Virus record (IMG/VR): IMGVR_UViG_3300033149_001257
Span: 1 to 64,000 of that record
DNA from: a virus
Strand: one strand, 5' to 3'
DNA length: 64,000 nucleotides
Of this stretch, positions 45,563-53,992 are shown piece by piece (position 1 is the first letter of the stretch; every line of letters begins with the position of its first letter). The notes beneath the pieces were generated by a model, which worked only from the letters and a program-made list of their open reading frames with translations, ran no database searches and was not told where the DNA came from. The position numbers and the translations under genes are program-made.

Positions 45563-46068
45563 GCTTTAATCCCTTCGAGATTCAAAGAAAATATGGAATT
45601 AGAGGCATCGTCTGGGGTGCCCCTAAACGACTTAAAATCTTTAATGCCGAGCGGTTGCAGGTAAGCTATTAATCTTATTTTATCAAATCCGTTCCTATGG
45701 AAAGACCCCGGCTCGTTATCGCGCTGATTACCATATATGTAACTTATCGCATTCCCTATGTTAAGTTTTCTGCATGTCAGGAAAGCGCAAATCATATCAA
45801 GGTTTGGTACGCATACCTTGAGAATTCCGCCGCGCTTTAAAACCCTTATCCAACCTTTTAATACCGGGCTACATTCAGCAGATGACATATGCTCTAAAAG
45901 ATGAGATGCGTAAACAAGGTCAAATTCGCCATCTTTAAATGTTAGTTTTCTTGCATCCATTTTAGTTACGGCCCCATTGGTGGGAACGCAGTCTATGTGT
46001 GTCCATGTAATATTCTTATCTGACTTCTTGACATTCCCCCCGCATCCTACGTTGAGAGCCTTAATCAT
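45559..46068 (-). CDS. class I SAM methyltransferase
   Basis: LNVGCGG, ASHLLEH, RVLKRGG...VPNL; start coupled by ATGA. Confidence 0.88.
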   Translation of the reverse strand: MIKALNVGCGGNVKKSDKNITWTHIDCVPTNGAVTKMDARKLTFKDGEFDLVYASHLLEHMSSAECSPVLKGWIRVLKRGGILKVCVPNLDMICAFLTCRKLNIGNAISYIYGNQRDNEPGSFHRNGFDKIRLIAYLQPLGIKDFKSFRGTPDDASNSIFSLNLEGIKA

Positions 46069-46880
46069 TTCACTTCCTCCAATCCATAGTATGGGTGTTT
46101 CTTCATTACTTCTGGGAGTTTGCCAGTGAATGGCTTCACCACCCCTCCAGAATTGGTCCATTGAGTATCTTGGCCAGGTCGCCATTCTGTATAAGTATTT
46201 TTTACGGTCTGCCCACGCCGTTCATAGTATTTCAGCTTACCCAAAACATTCTCAAATTTCTTTGCCGGTCCGAAGTGATAGCAATTAATTCCGGTGTTTA
46301 CTGCATGTGCCTTATAGAATGGGTCTGAGAGCCACACCTTATGTCCATTCTTGTCCGTTAGATAGGAATGGTGGTGTCTGTGTTTAAGATTCATGCTCGG
46401 GTCTATTCTGGCGCATCTAAATAGTTGCATGTTCCATGCCGACCCCACGGTTATCTGGCGAAAGTTTTTCCACATATGGATGTGATTTACAAGAAAAATG
46501 ATGGCCTCTGGGTCGTTATCTGCAAGTTCTGAGAGCGCATATAAATCCTTGAGATGGTATATCTCGTCAGCATCTATGAATAGGAGCAATTCCCCTTTCA
46601 TCATTTCAAGGCATTTATCGCGCATTTGTATTTTGTCGTTCCAGAAACCGTCTTTCTTGAATACGTGCACCTTGCTATGTTTTTTTTCAAGGTCAGTTAT
46701 AATCTGAACCGTATTGTCTTTTGAGTGCCCACTACTGTTCGCCATATGAGAGGCGTTCTTTACCGCGCCCTCAACTATATTAATGTCGGTTACGCATGAA
46801 CACTTTAATGGAGCGTCCATCGCGTACTCTAAGTACTCTGCTTCATTCAGACAAATTACGCAGACGCTTATCGATGCCAT
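46065..46880 (-). CDS. GT2 glycosyltransferase
   Basis: ICLNE, SKDNT, IDADE; paralog of 42232..43122. Confidence 0.85.
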   Translation of the reverse strand: MASISVCVICLNEAEYLEYAMDAPLKCSCVTDINIVEGAVKNASHMANSSGHSKDNTVQIITDLEKKHSKVHVFKKDGFWNDKIQMRDKCLEMMKGELLLFIDADEIYHLKDLYALSELADNDPEAIIFLVNHIHMWKNFRQITVGSAWNMQLFRCARIDPSMNLKHRHHHSYLTDKNGHKVWLSDPFYKAHAVNTGINCYHFGPAKKFENVLGKLKYYERRGQTVKNTYTEWRPGQDTQWTNSGGVVKPFTGKLPEVMKKHPYYGLEEVK

Positions 46881-48285
46881 TCGGAATTACCCTTTCTATT
46901 ATTTTTCTCAAATTATCACAGTATGCCTGGAATGTCATAATACCCTCAATGTATTCTTTACCCTGCTTACCACGTTGCGTTCTATACGTTTTATTAGTCA
47001 GTACCTTATTTAATTTTACCCCGAGGTCGTCAGCGCCTTTCTTGAAATCGGCATACTCTAAAAAGTCTTTATATTCCTCCCTGAAAAATGGAGTATCGTA
47101 GCATATACATGGTTTTTCACAATATAGGGCCTCTGCTGGAAACATTCCAAATCCTTCCATTGTTGACGGAAAAATTGCAGCCTTGGATCTTTTTATAATC
47201 CTAAACTTTTCAAGGTCGTCTACGTTCATGTGGAATTCCATGGAAATGTTTGTGCCCTTAGCGAGGTCCTGATACATCTTTTTTCTGTCCTCACCAATTG
47301 GATTACAAATAAAATTAATCTTTGGGGGATTAGGGATGTTCCTTAAACACGTGATTACATGTTCGGGGTGTTTATGAGCAACCAGTCTTGATACGAAAAC
47401 TATTTCATGCTGTTCTGTTTGTTCCGGTACGAGGTCTGCCACTTTATCGTTAATGAATGGATATAGCGCAGATATGTTTTCGGGTTTGTATGTATTACCA
47501 AGCCACCGTCCTGTATAATCTTTACATAGTTCATTCAGGCTCAGTACGTGTGTTGCTATTGATAGTGCTTTTTTGTATTTATCCCAGTACTCGTCAGTCG
47601 AGTCTGTTCCTTCGCGGAATAGTCTGGTATAGTTGGGGGATTCAAATATGAGTAGGGCCGAGGGAACATTCATGTTCTTCCCACTCATGGCGGCCTTTAC
47701 TCCCCCCTCTCTTGGTATGCCAACGAATAAATCAAACATATTTTCTGGCATATCAAAATCAAGGTAGAGGTTATTCATTATTCTTATTCTGTCATGGTGT
47801 GGATAATTCTTAAAGTCCATGGCAAAAGTGGGCTTAATGTTGGTACATACGGTTACATCAAATCCTATGTTAGCTAAGGCATATATCATTCCCCACGCAT
47901 AATACCTGCCACCACTATAATGAGTAGCTATGTTCTCCATAAAGAACGCCACCTGTGGTCTTTTAGACATCGGGCCCTTTATGGCGAATGGTAGCATCTC
48001 TGCCGGTAAGTGGTGTTTTACTACCTCAAATATTCCAGGGGATACGTTTATTTTTTCATATACCACGTTCCTGCCTATTTCTACCCCTATCACACTATCG
48101 TCTATCTTTTTAATCCTTCCATGCGCAACCCATGATTGTACGCTGGGATCACATAAGTCAATACCTTTAAGTATAAGTATTTCCCCCACCTCTGCGGCCT
48201 GACCTTTGAATAATAGTTGCTTTTTGTCAATGCCTACGTTCAGGTATTTACCCGATACTAACGAGTGCCTTTTGTAGTGAGCCAT
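46843..48285 (-). CDS. GT4 glycosyltransferase with N-terminal extension
   Basis: YSGG, VSRLVAHK, PSTMEGFGMFPAEALYC. Confidence 0.88.
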   Translation of the reverse strand: MAHYKRHSLVSGKYLNVGIDKKQLLFKGQAAEVGEILILKGIDLCDPSVQSWVAHGRIKKIDDSVIGVEIGRNVVYEKINVSPGIFEVVKHHLPAEMLPFAIKGPMSKRPQVAFFMENIATHYSGGRYYAWGMIYALANIGFDVTVCTNIKPTFAMDFKNYPHHDRIRIMNNLYLDFDMPENMFDLFVGIPREGGVKAAMSGKNMNVPSALLIFESPNYTRLFREGTDSTDEYWDKYKKALSIATHVLSLNELCKDYTGRWLGNTYKPENISALYPFINDKVADLVPEQTEQHEIVFVSRLVAHKHPEHVITCLRNIPNPPKINFICNPIGEDRKKMYQDLAKGTNISMEFHMNVDDLEKFRIIKRSKAAIFPSTMEGFGMFPAEALYCEKPCICYDTPFFREEYKDFLEYADFKKGADDLGVKLNKVLTNKTYRTQRGKQGKEYIEGIMTFQAYCDNLRKIIERVIPNGIDKRLRNLSE

Positions 48286-49367
48286 ATTTTATCTAACCTC
48301 TCAAGGTATTTTTTACTTACCAATTCTATGTCAAACTTGTTTTTTATTGTAGTTCTTGCCCTCTTCCCTTTTCTTTCAAGCATTTCTCTATCAGATACTA
48401 TGTTCTGCAGCGCATATATTAAGGAACCCATCTGCGGATTCTGGAATTTAAGTCCTTTATAGTGAGTGCTCATAGACCCATACTGTGGGTATTTCGTTGT
48501 GAGTTCTCCACATTCTATGATATATCCATTCTCTTTGTTACAGAAATCTGCCATGGCCGAACGCTCAGGAACTATGATGGGTTTCCCACACGACATACAT
48601 TCAGCAGCCGGTAGATTAAATCCATCTCCAAGTGATGGGAATAGCCCTATATCACAGTCTGTATAAACCCCGGGGAGTGAGTTTTCCTCAAACCTTACGG
48701 TAGTGAATACGATATTAGGCAACTCTTTATCTCCGAGTTTATTTCTGGCCCCATTTATCATATCAACGATATTCTTTTTATCGGTATAGTATGTCGCAAG
48801 CATAAGAGTAGCCTGGTGTTTATCAAACGCTCTCAGGAAAGCATTTATGGCTAAGTGGAACCCCTTGCGAGAGCACCAACGCCCAAGCATTAATATCCTA
48901 AGTCCTTCGGGATTCATAAAATTCATGGGTTTATGTGTGGGATTGAACGTCCCGGTATCTATACCAAGTGGCATTACGTATATTTTGTCCTCGGGATATA
49001 TGCGGCTAAACACTTCTTTGTTAATTTCGGAGGGTACCCATAGTTCATCAAAAGCATTGAGTTTATCGGTGAAACTCTCCGGTAATTGCATGGCCTCAAA
49101 CATAGTATATGCTATATTATATCTTGAATTGTCTGGTATTTCCAGTAGGAACGGTGGGCCTATGCCAATAAAAATAGGCCTCTCAACTGTATTCTTGAGA
49201 AGCCTATGTATCGTATCTCTTTTTTCTATTTTCTCGTCTGTATTCTCTGCATTTGTTGATACTATTTTCACATTAGCTTTAAGGCTATCAAGCCCTGTCG
49301 CTATGTTCCGTAGTGCCGTTGCGAAACCTGTAAACCCCCATGCTTGTCCGCGTATCTCAATATCCAT
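48258..49367 (-). CDS. GT4 glycosyltransferase
   Basis: TGF, YTMFE, WVPS, RKG, PSLGDGFNLPAAECMSCG. Confidence 0.9.
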   Translation of the reverse strand: MDIEIRGQAWGFTGFATALRNIATGLDSLKANVKIVSTNAENTDEKIEKRDTIHRLLKNTVERPIFIGIGPPFLLEIPDNSRYNIAYTMFEAMQLPESFTDKLNAFDELWVPSEINKEVFSRIYPEDKIYVMPLGIDTGTFNPTHKPMNFMNPEGLRILMLGRWCSRKGFHLAINAFLRAFDKHQATLMLATYYTDKKNIVDMINGARNKLGDKELPNIVFTTVRFEENSLPGVYTDCDIGLFPSLGDGFNLPAAECMSCGKPIIVPERSAMADFCNKENGYIIECGELTTKYPQYGSMSTHYKGLKFQNPQMGSLIYALQNIVSDREMLERKGKRARTTIKNKFDIELVSKKYLERLDKIWLTTKGTR

Positions 49368-49385
49368 GCCGAATGCCTTTCAGTC

Positions 49386-49664
49386 TTATTTTATGGTATT
49401 CTTTATTTGCTGAATACCATCTTTTATTGCATTATGCACAACTTCATATAGACCGGATGCTATTGCCGCTGACCATAATCCAAGAATTATGGCTGAGTAC
49501 ACATTGTCTACCATGCCCTGTAGGTGGAAAAATAATCCAACTCCCACTCCCGAACCAAAAGATACTATAATCTTCCATGTCTTATTAAGTCCCGGAACTA
49601 TACCCTTTATCATTTCTACGATAAGGTTGATACTTGCTACCATTTTAATTATAGTTGCTTCCAT
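49386..49664 (-). CDS. putative holin
   Basis: 92 aa, 2-3 TM segments, AIILGLWSAAIASGLYE motif; near the endolysin. Confidence 0.7.
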   Translation of the reverse strand: MEATIIKMVASINLIVEMIKGIVPGLNKTWKIIVSFGSGVGVGLFFHLQGMVDNVYSAIILGLWSAAIASGLYEVVHNAIKDGIQQIKNTIK

Positions 49665-49712
49665 GTTAATCCTCCTTACAAACTTTTACCTTCTGAGTCT
49701 ATTTTCATTATT

Positions 49713-50084
49713 TTATATGTCAAGTAAAACGCCTATGGAAATTCCCGCGCGCCATACTTTTCCAATAAAATCACGCGCACAAAATACGCCCATTTTAACC
49801 TTGTCGTCCATGGCCCACTTCCAGTTAAGTTTGTTTGAAAGTTCTCTGAGGTCTAAATTTATTGAAATGAGATAGGAGATTGAAGACATTTCGGTTATTA
49901 GTCCGGCATCTAAAGATACAACCTTATTGAAGTTTACTACCGATATGGTACCGCCCACCAAAAGCGTATCCGTGCACGCATCATAAAATGTTGATGCAGT
50001 CAAATCTCCACTTTCCGCAAATGCTATTCCTCCCCATCCACCCAAAACCAAAACCAGCGCCATTACCAAAAACAATTTCTTCAT
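49713..50084 (-). CDS. secreted beta-rich protein
   Basis: Signal peptide MKKLFLVMALVLVLGGWGGIAFA; GGAGG RBS (start 50084 or 50090). Confidence 0.65.
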   Translation of the reverse strand: MKKLFLVMALVLVLGGWGGIAFAESGDLTASTFYDACTDTLLVGGTISVVNFNKVVSLDAGLITEMSSISYLISINLDLRELSNKLNWKWAMDDKVKMGVFCARDFIGKVWRAGISIGVLLDI

Positions 50085-50136
50085 CTTCACCCTTGCCTCC
50101 TTTACCTTCTTTTTGTACTTCTTTTTCATCTTTCTA

Positions 50137-50165
50137 ATTGTAACACATAAGCCGATAGAAATCAA
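50137..50165 (-). promoter_or_regulatory. putative sigma70 promoter upstream of the secreted protein, holin and glycan locus
   Basis: TTGATT-17-TACAAT with TG extension, in an intergenic gap. Confidence 0.55.
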
Positions 50166-50193
50166 GCATTTCCTGATATTTGTTGGGATTTTT

Positions 50194-50451
50194 TTACTTC
50201 CCCAGTGCAGAGATATTAATTCTATCAACGCTTTTCTGGACTTCTTTAATCCTTTTTTGGTTGTCTTTTTCCACATAAAATGCCGCTTCCATATAGCCCA
50301 TCGTCCCTCGATGATATGAGTTAGATAGTTCTATTTTAATTTCGTTACAGAATATCCTGTGCTCAAATTTATTTAGATTCGTGGATATTAAAAGCCATGC
50401 TATTATAGCTACCAATATCACGATGAGATAATCTTTTATTTTACTTGGCAA
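50194..50451 (-). CDS. membrane-anchored protein (spanin-like position)
   Basis: N-terminal TM; overlaps the endolysin end. Confidence 0.55.
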   Translation of the reverse strand: MPSKIKDYLIVILVAIIAWLLISTNLNKFEHRIFCNEIKIELSNSYHRGTMGYMEAAFYVEKDNQKRIKEVQKSVDRINISALGK

Positions 50452-50848
50452 TTAAACCCTCCCACTGAAAATGAGATGGGTCACGCTTGTATAGTCTATC
50501 TCCCCAGGATAGCCACTCTCCGCCCCAGCCTATCTTATACCCATACCACATCTTTGCAACAAATGGTATCATGTACCCTAATACATAGGCCTCTTTCTCG
50601 TATTTTTTGTATTTCCAGGACCAATCCGGAACTCTCAATACAAAATCTATGGCCTCGCCTTTAAGGTGCTTACTTTTTAACGTCCTGCCGTATCCAAGCA
50701 TTACGATTTCTTTCTGTCGCTCTAATGTCCGGCGCGTTTCAAATATACCAAAAGGTAGGCCATATGCTTTTATTACCACATTGCCTATCCTCGCCACGTT
50801 CTGCATCTCCGGCGTTAAACTACTTGTGCTGTTGATTCTTTTTGACAT
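50441..50848 (-). CDS. endolysin, M15-family L-Ala-D-Glu peptidase
   Basis: RTLERQ, SKHLKGEAID, WGGEW, DPSHFQ. Confidence 0.85.
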   Translation of the reverse strand: MSKRINSTSSLTPEMQNVARIGNVVIKAYGLPFGIFETRRTLERQKEIVMLGYGRTLKSKHLKGEAIDFVLRVPDWSWKYKKYEKEAYVLGYMIPFVAKMWYGYKIGWGGEWLSWGDRLYKRDPSHFQWEGLIAK

Positions 50849-51062
50849 CTCGCCACGTCCTTTTCAGTTTATTTAGTTGGTCCCGGGATGCGTCAACAAA
50901 CATCTCCAGGTTCTCTTGCGTTATTTCCAAGTCCTTCAAAAAGTGGTTCATCGCTTTAATCTGTTCTCTCGTCATCGGCATCCACCTCTTTTTTTCTAAT
51001 CCTCACCTTTTTTAGAATTGCCAATACCGCGGTTATTAAAAACTTAATTAAAGTCTTACTCA

Positions 51063-51368
51063 TTACTGTATAAACAGTTGAAAATTAACTGCCACCTCGT
51101 TTGACCTTATGTATACCTTCGTTACGTCATCACAGGGGTCAGAGAAATCCTGTCCACCATATAGCCTGCCCGCTACTGTAGTGCCTGCGTTAATTGACCA
51201 TTCAAGCCAGAGAGCGGAATCTGATTCGGCATTCACAAATACCAGCGATTTGGCATCAAAGTCAATGTTTATTTCTATCCACGTTGTTCCATCTCCCACT
51301 GTTCTATGCGCCGTGTTTCTTTGGTCCGTATACATTCTGTTTTTCGTTCCTTTGGTCACGTGCTCCAT
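51063..51368 (-). CDS. hypothetical beta-rich virion-associated protein
   Basis: 101 aa; AGGAGG RBS. Confidence 0.6.
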   Translation of the reverse strand: MEHVTKGTKNRMYTDQRNTAHRTVGDGTTWIEINIDFDAKSLVFVNAESDSALWLEWSINAGTTVAGRLYGGQDFSDPCDDVTKVYIRSNEVAVNFQLFIQ

Positions 51369-51430
51369 TTTTACTTCCTCCTTTTTATAGAATTACTCTA
51401 AAAACTATCCGTCTTTAGCCACCATCAGTG

Positions 51431-53038
51431 TTAAGGTTTTGTGGCCGTTATCACCCCACCGATTACTTCTATTTTCCATGGTTGCGTGGGATGGGTTACG
51501 TCATAAACAATTACTGATTTACTGTCATTGTAATCCCCCACGGTAAGGTCAACAAATATCTTCTTACCATTCGGCGTTCCTGTTGACACCTTTGTTCCCC
51601 CCGCATATTCTCTTGTTGTATCCTCATCTGCGGTATACTCTGTTTCAAAATATGTATCATTATCATCGTCTGATATTCTACTTCCACCACCACCACCACT
51701 ACCTCCACCTCCGGCGGCGGATGGTAAAACACCTCTGAGATTTTGATATTCAGCTACTGGATTTGTTGTATGTTCAAAATCCTGTTTAACCAATGCGCCA
51801 GCAACTACCTTATAAATCACCCTGCATATTAATACCGAACCCGATTTTAAGTCGGACGGAATAGTATACACCGCCTGATTCTTCTCGTCATTTTCTGCAT
51901 CTGATAAACTTATGTATTTTGTTTCTCCTGTCGGTGCGTTCATGTACAATATAGACTTACTCTCATTGGCAAGAGCGGCGAATATTACTATGTTAATATA
52001 CTTGTTATTAGAAAATGCGTCGCCATTGGCATATTTGGCTATGTCTATTGAGTAATGGTTGCTGTATGGTGTGTCAGGGTCGTTTACCCATGTTATTGTG
52101 CTACCTGCCACCACCGCGTCCGTGGTGAAATCACTTTTACCAATATATCCTTTTACTACTGATACGGCAACCAATCTTTCGCCTGTACCTGAAAACGTCG
52201 GACTTCCACCACTTGAATATTGACCGCCTGTAATATAAAGCCTTTGTGTCAATCCATGTATTGATTCATAGGTAGCTGTTATCCCACTCCACACCTGGGA
52301 TACTGTTGCCGAAGTAGTAAATACTTCGTATATCTGTGCCTCACCAACTTCTGCGTGTTCTATACCTGCGTCGTCAGGGTCGGTTTCGGAAGCAACTACC
52401 ACCGCATTGGAAGTAGCATATACATAATATCTTTTAGGTACTGTCGCTGTACCACCCGTGAGAGTTACGGTTCCGCTTGATATTGTTACAAAAGATTGGT
52501 TTATGTTGGCATTGAATGAACCGCAATCGTCATCAGCACAATAATGAAAACTCGCTACTCCGCCCGTGACGGCAATCCATACAGAAGTCTTTTCAAGCAG
52601 TACATCATCTGTGATGTTGGCCATGTGTCCAATCAGGGCATTGTTTACATGGGTTTGATTTGAAATGTTAGGATTTACCGGGTTCGTGTATGCAACATCT
52701 CCCGTATCCAGATTATCCAATCTTCCTTTTAGTGTTGCCGATGATTCTTCCAATACGGCAATATTCCCAGCATTGGTAGCTGTAGAAACCTCCAGTATTG
52801 CTATTTTGGCAGCATTCGTTGTAGCCGACGATGCCGTTGCATCAAAACTAGAATAATCTTCCTTGGATATAAAACCGTCCTGCGTTGCAGAAGCCTCCGG
52901 TATGCTTATCTGGGTACCACTTATATCTACAGGAGCTACCCCCTTATAAGACCTACCAAACTTTCCACCACCCACTCCCTCTGATAATGATACCGAAAAC
53001 ACCATTATCCCCAAAACACAAATTAATACTCTTTTCAT
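51431..53038 (-). CDS. tail-fibre-like protein with an N-terminal signal-peptide-like segment
   Basis: 535 aa; ASATQDGFISKED fibre repeat, short coiled coil, Gly-rich linker. Confidence 0.6.
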   Translation of the reverse strand: MKRVLICVLGIMVFSVSLSEGVGGGKFGRSYKGVAPVDISGTQISIPEASATQDGFISKEDYSSFDATASSATTNAAKIAILEVSTATNAGNIAVLEESSATLKGRLDNLDTGDVAYTNPVNPNISNQTHVNNALIGHMANITDDVLLEKTSVWIAVTGGVASFHYCADDDCGSFNANINQSFVTISSGTVTLTGGTATVPKRYYVYATSNAVVVASETDPDDAGIEHAEVGEAQIYEVFTTSATVSQVWSGITATYESIHGLTQRLYITGGQYSSGGSPTFSGTGERLVAVSVVKGYIGKSDFTTDAVVAGSTITWVNDPDTPYSNHYSIDIAKYANGDAFSNNKYINIVIFAALANESKSILYMNAPTGETKYISLSDAENDEKNQAVYTIPSDLKSGSVLICRVIYKVVAGALVKQDFEHTTNPVAEYQNLRGVLPSAAGGGGSGGGGGSRISDDDNDTYFETEYTADEDTTREYAGGTKVSTGTPNGKKIFVDLTVGDYNDSKSVIVYDVTHPTQPWKIEVIGGVITATKP

Positions 53039-53068
53039 CTTTACTCCTCCTTTTTTAATTTTATCTCC

Positions 53069-53734
53069 TCATTCGTGTAATATCTTTATTGGCGGTCCGT
53101 CTACCCATGTTGGGTTTCCACCGAATGTTCCGTGATGTTCATTTCCAGAATAATCCGTTACGTCAACTCCACCCGGCGCAAGATTGTCTGCACCATTATC
53201 CATTCTTGAATAATTCAAAACATTTGCATCTGGTATTAAACTTCGGTGCATCATATTATATACTTCACCTTGAGCTAGTTCTTTATCCCATAAAGAAAAC
53301 TCTGCCATTTTGCCATAATAATTATTTCCTGCAAATCCTCTGATTCTGCCAATAGTTAAATAATCATTACTTGCGTTATTGAATGTTATTGCACCAGAAA
53401 CAGCAGATACCCCATTCACATATATTATCGTATTCCCCGTTCCGTTGTTATGTGTCCAAACTACCCAATGCCAAGTGCTAAAATCATAAATATATCCCGT
53501 GTTTAGTGAGCCGGGATTCCCCAATATAGCAAATCTTATGTTTGCTCCATTGTCTCCCGTTATAACCACTGGTCTATAATTTGCCGCTCCCGTAGTAGAG
53601 CCGATATGAACGGGATATTCTTCCCCTGATCCACTATCATCTTGCCACATCCAACAAGCAATAGAAAAGTCGGTGAAAGAAAACGCATTTGTATATGATA
53701 TATAATCTCCTGAACCGTCAAAAGATACTGCCAT
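53069..53734 (-). CDS. LamG/concanavalin A-like domain protein
   Basis: FDGSGDYI, FSIACW, WHWVVWT, IYVNG, GKMAEFSLWDKEL. Confidence 0.85.
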   Translation of the reverse strand: MAVSFDGSGDYISYTNAFSFTDFSIACWMWQDDSGSGEEYPVHIGSTTGAANYRPVVITGDNGANIRFAILGNPGSLNTGYIYDFSTWHWVVWTHNNGTGNTIIYVNGVSAVSGAITFNNASNDYLTIGRIRGFAGNNYYGKMAEFSLWDKELAQGEVYNMMHRSLIPDANVLNYSRMDNGADNLAPGGVDVTDYSGNEHHGTFGGNPTWVDGPPIKILHE

Positions 53735-53761
53735 TATTTTACTCCTTCTTTATCAATTTAT

Positions 53762-53992
53762 TTATTTTACCGATTCCAACTCTGTATTAAGTGTCACTAT
53801 GCCAGCTTCTATTTGTGATATTTTCGCATCGTGTTGTTGATTAATAATGATTACTGCATCATCATAATCTTTTTGTGCCTGTTGCATAGCACTTGCCTTT
53901 TTAACCAATAAATCATTTCGCTGATTCTCTGTAAACTTTAATTCTGCCATCTTGTCTTTGATTGTTTCCTTCTGAATACTCGTGATTTCCAT
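53762..53992 (-). CDS. small coiled-coil protein
   Basis: 76 aa, in the tail operon. Confidence 0.65.
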   Translation of the reverse strand: MEITSIQKETIKDKMAELKFTENQRNDLLVKKASAMQQAQKDYDDAVIIINQQHDAKISQIEAGIVTLNTELESVK

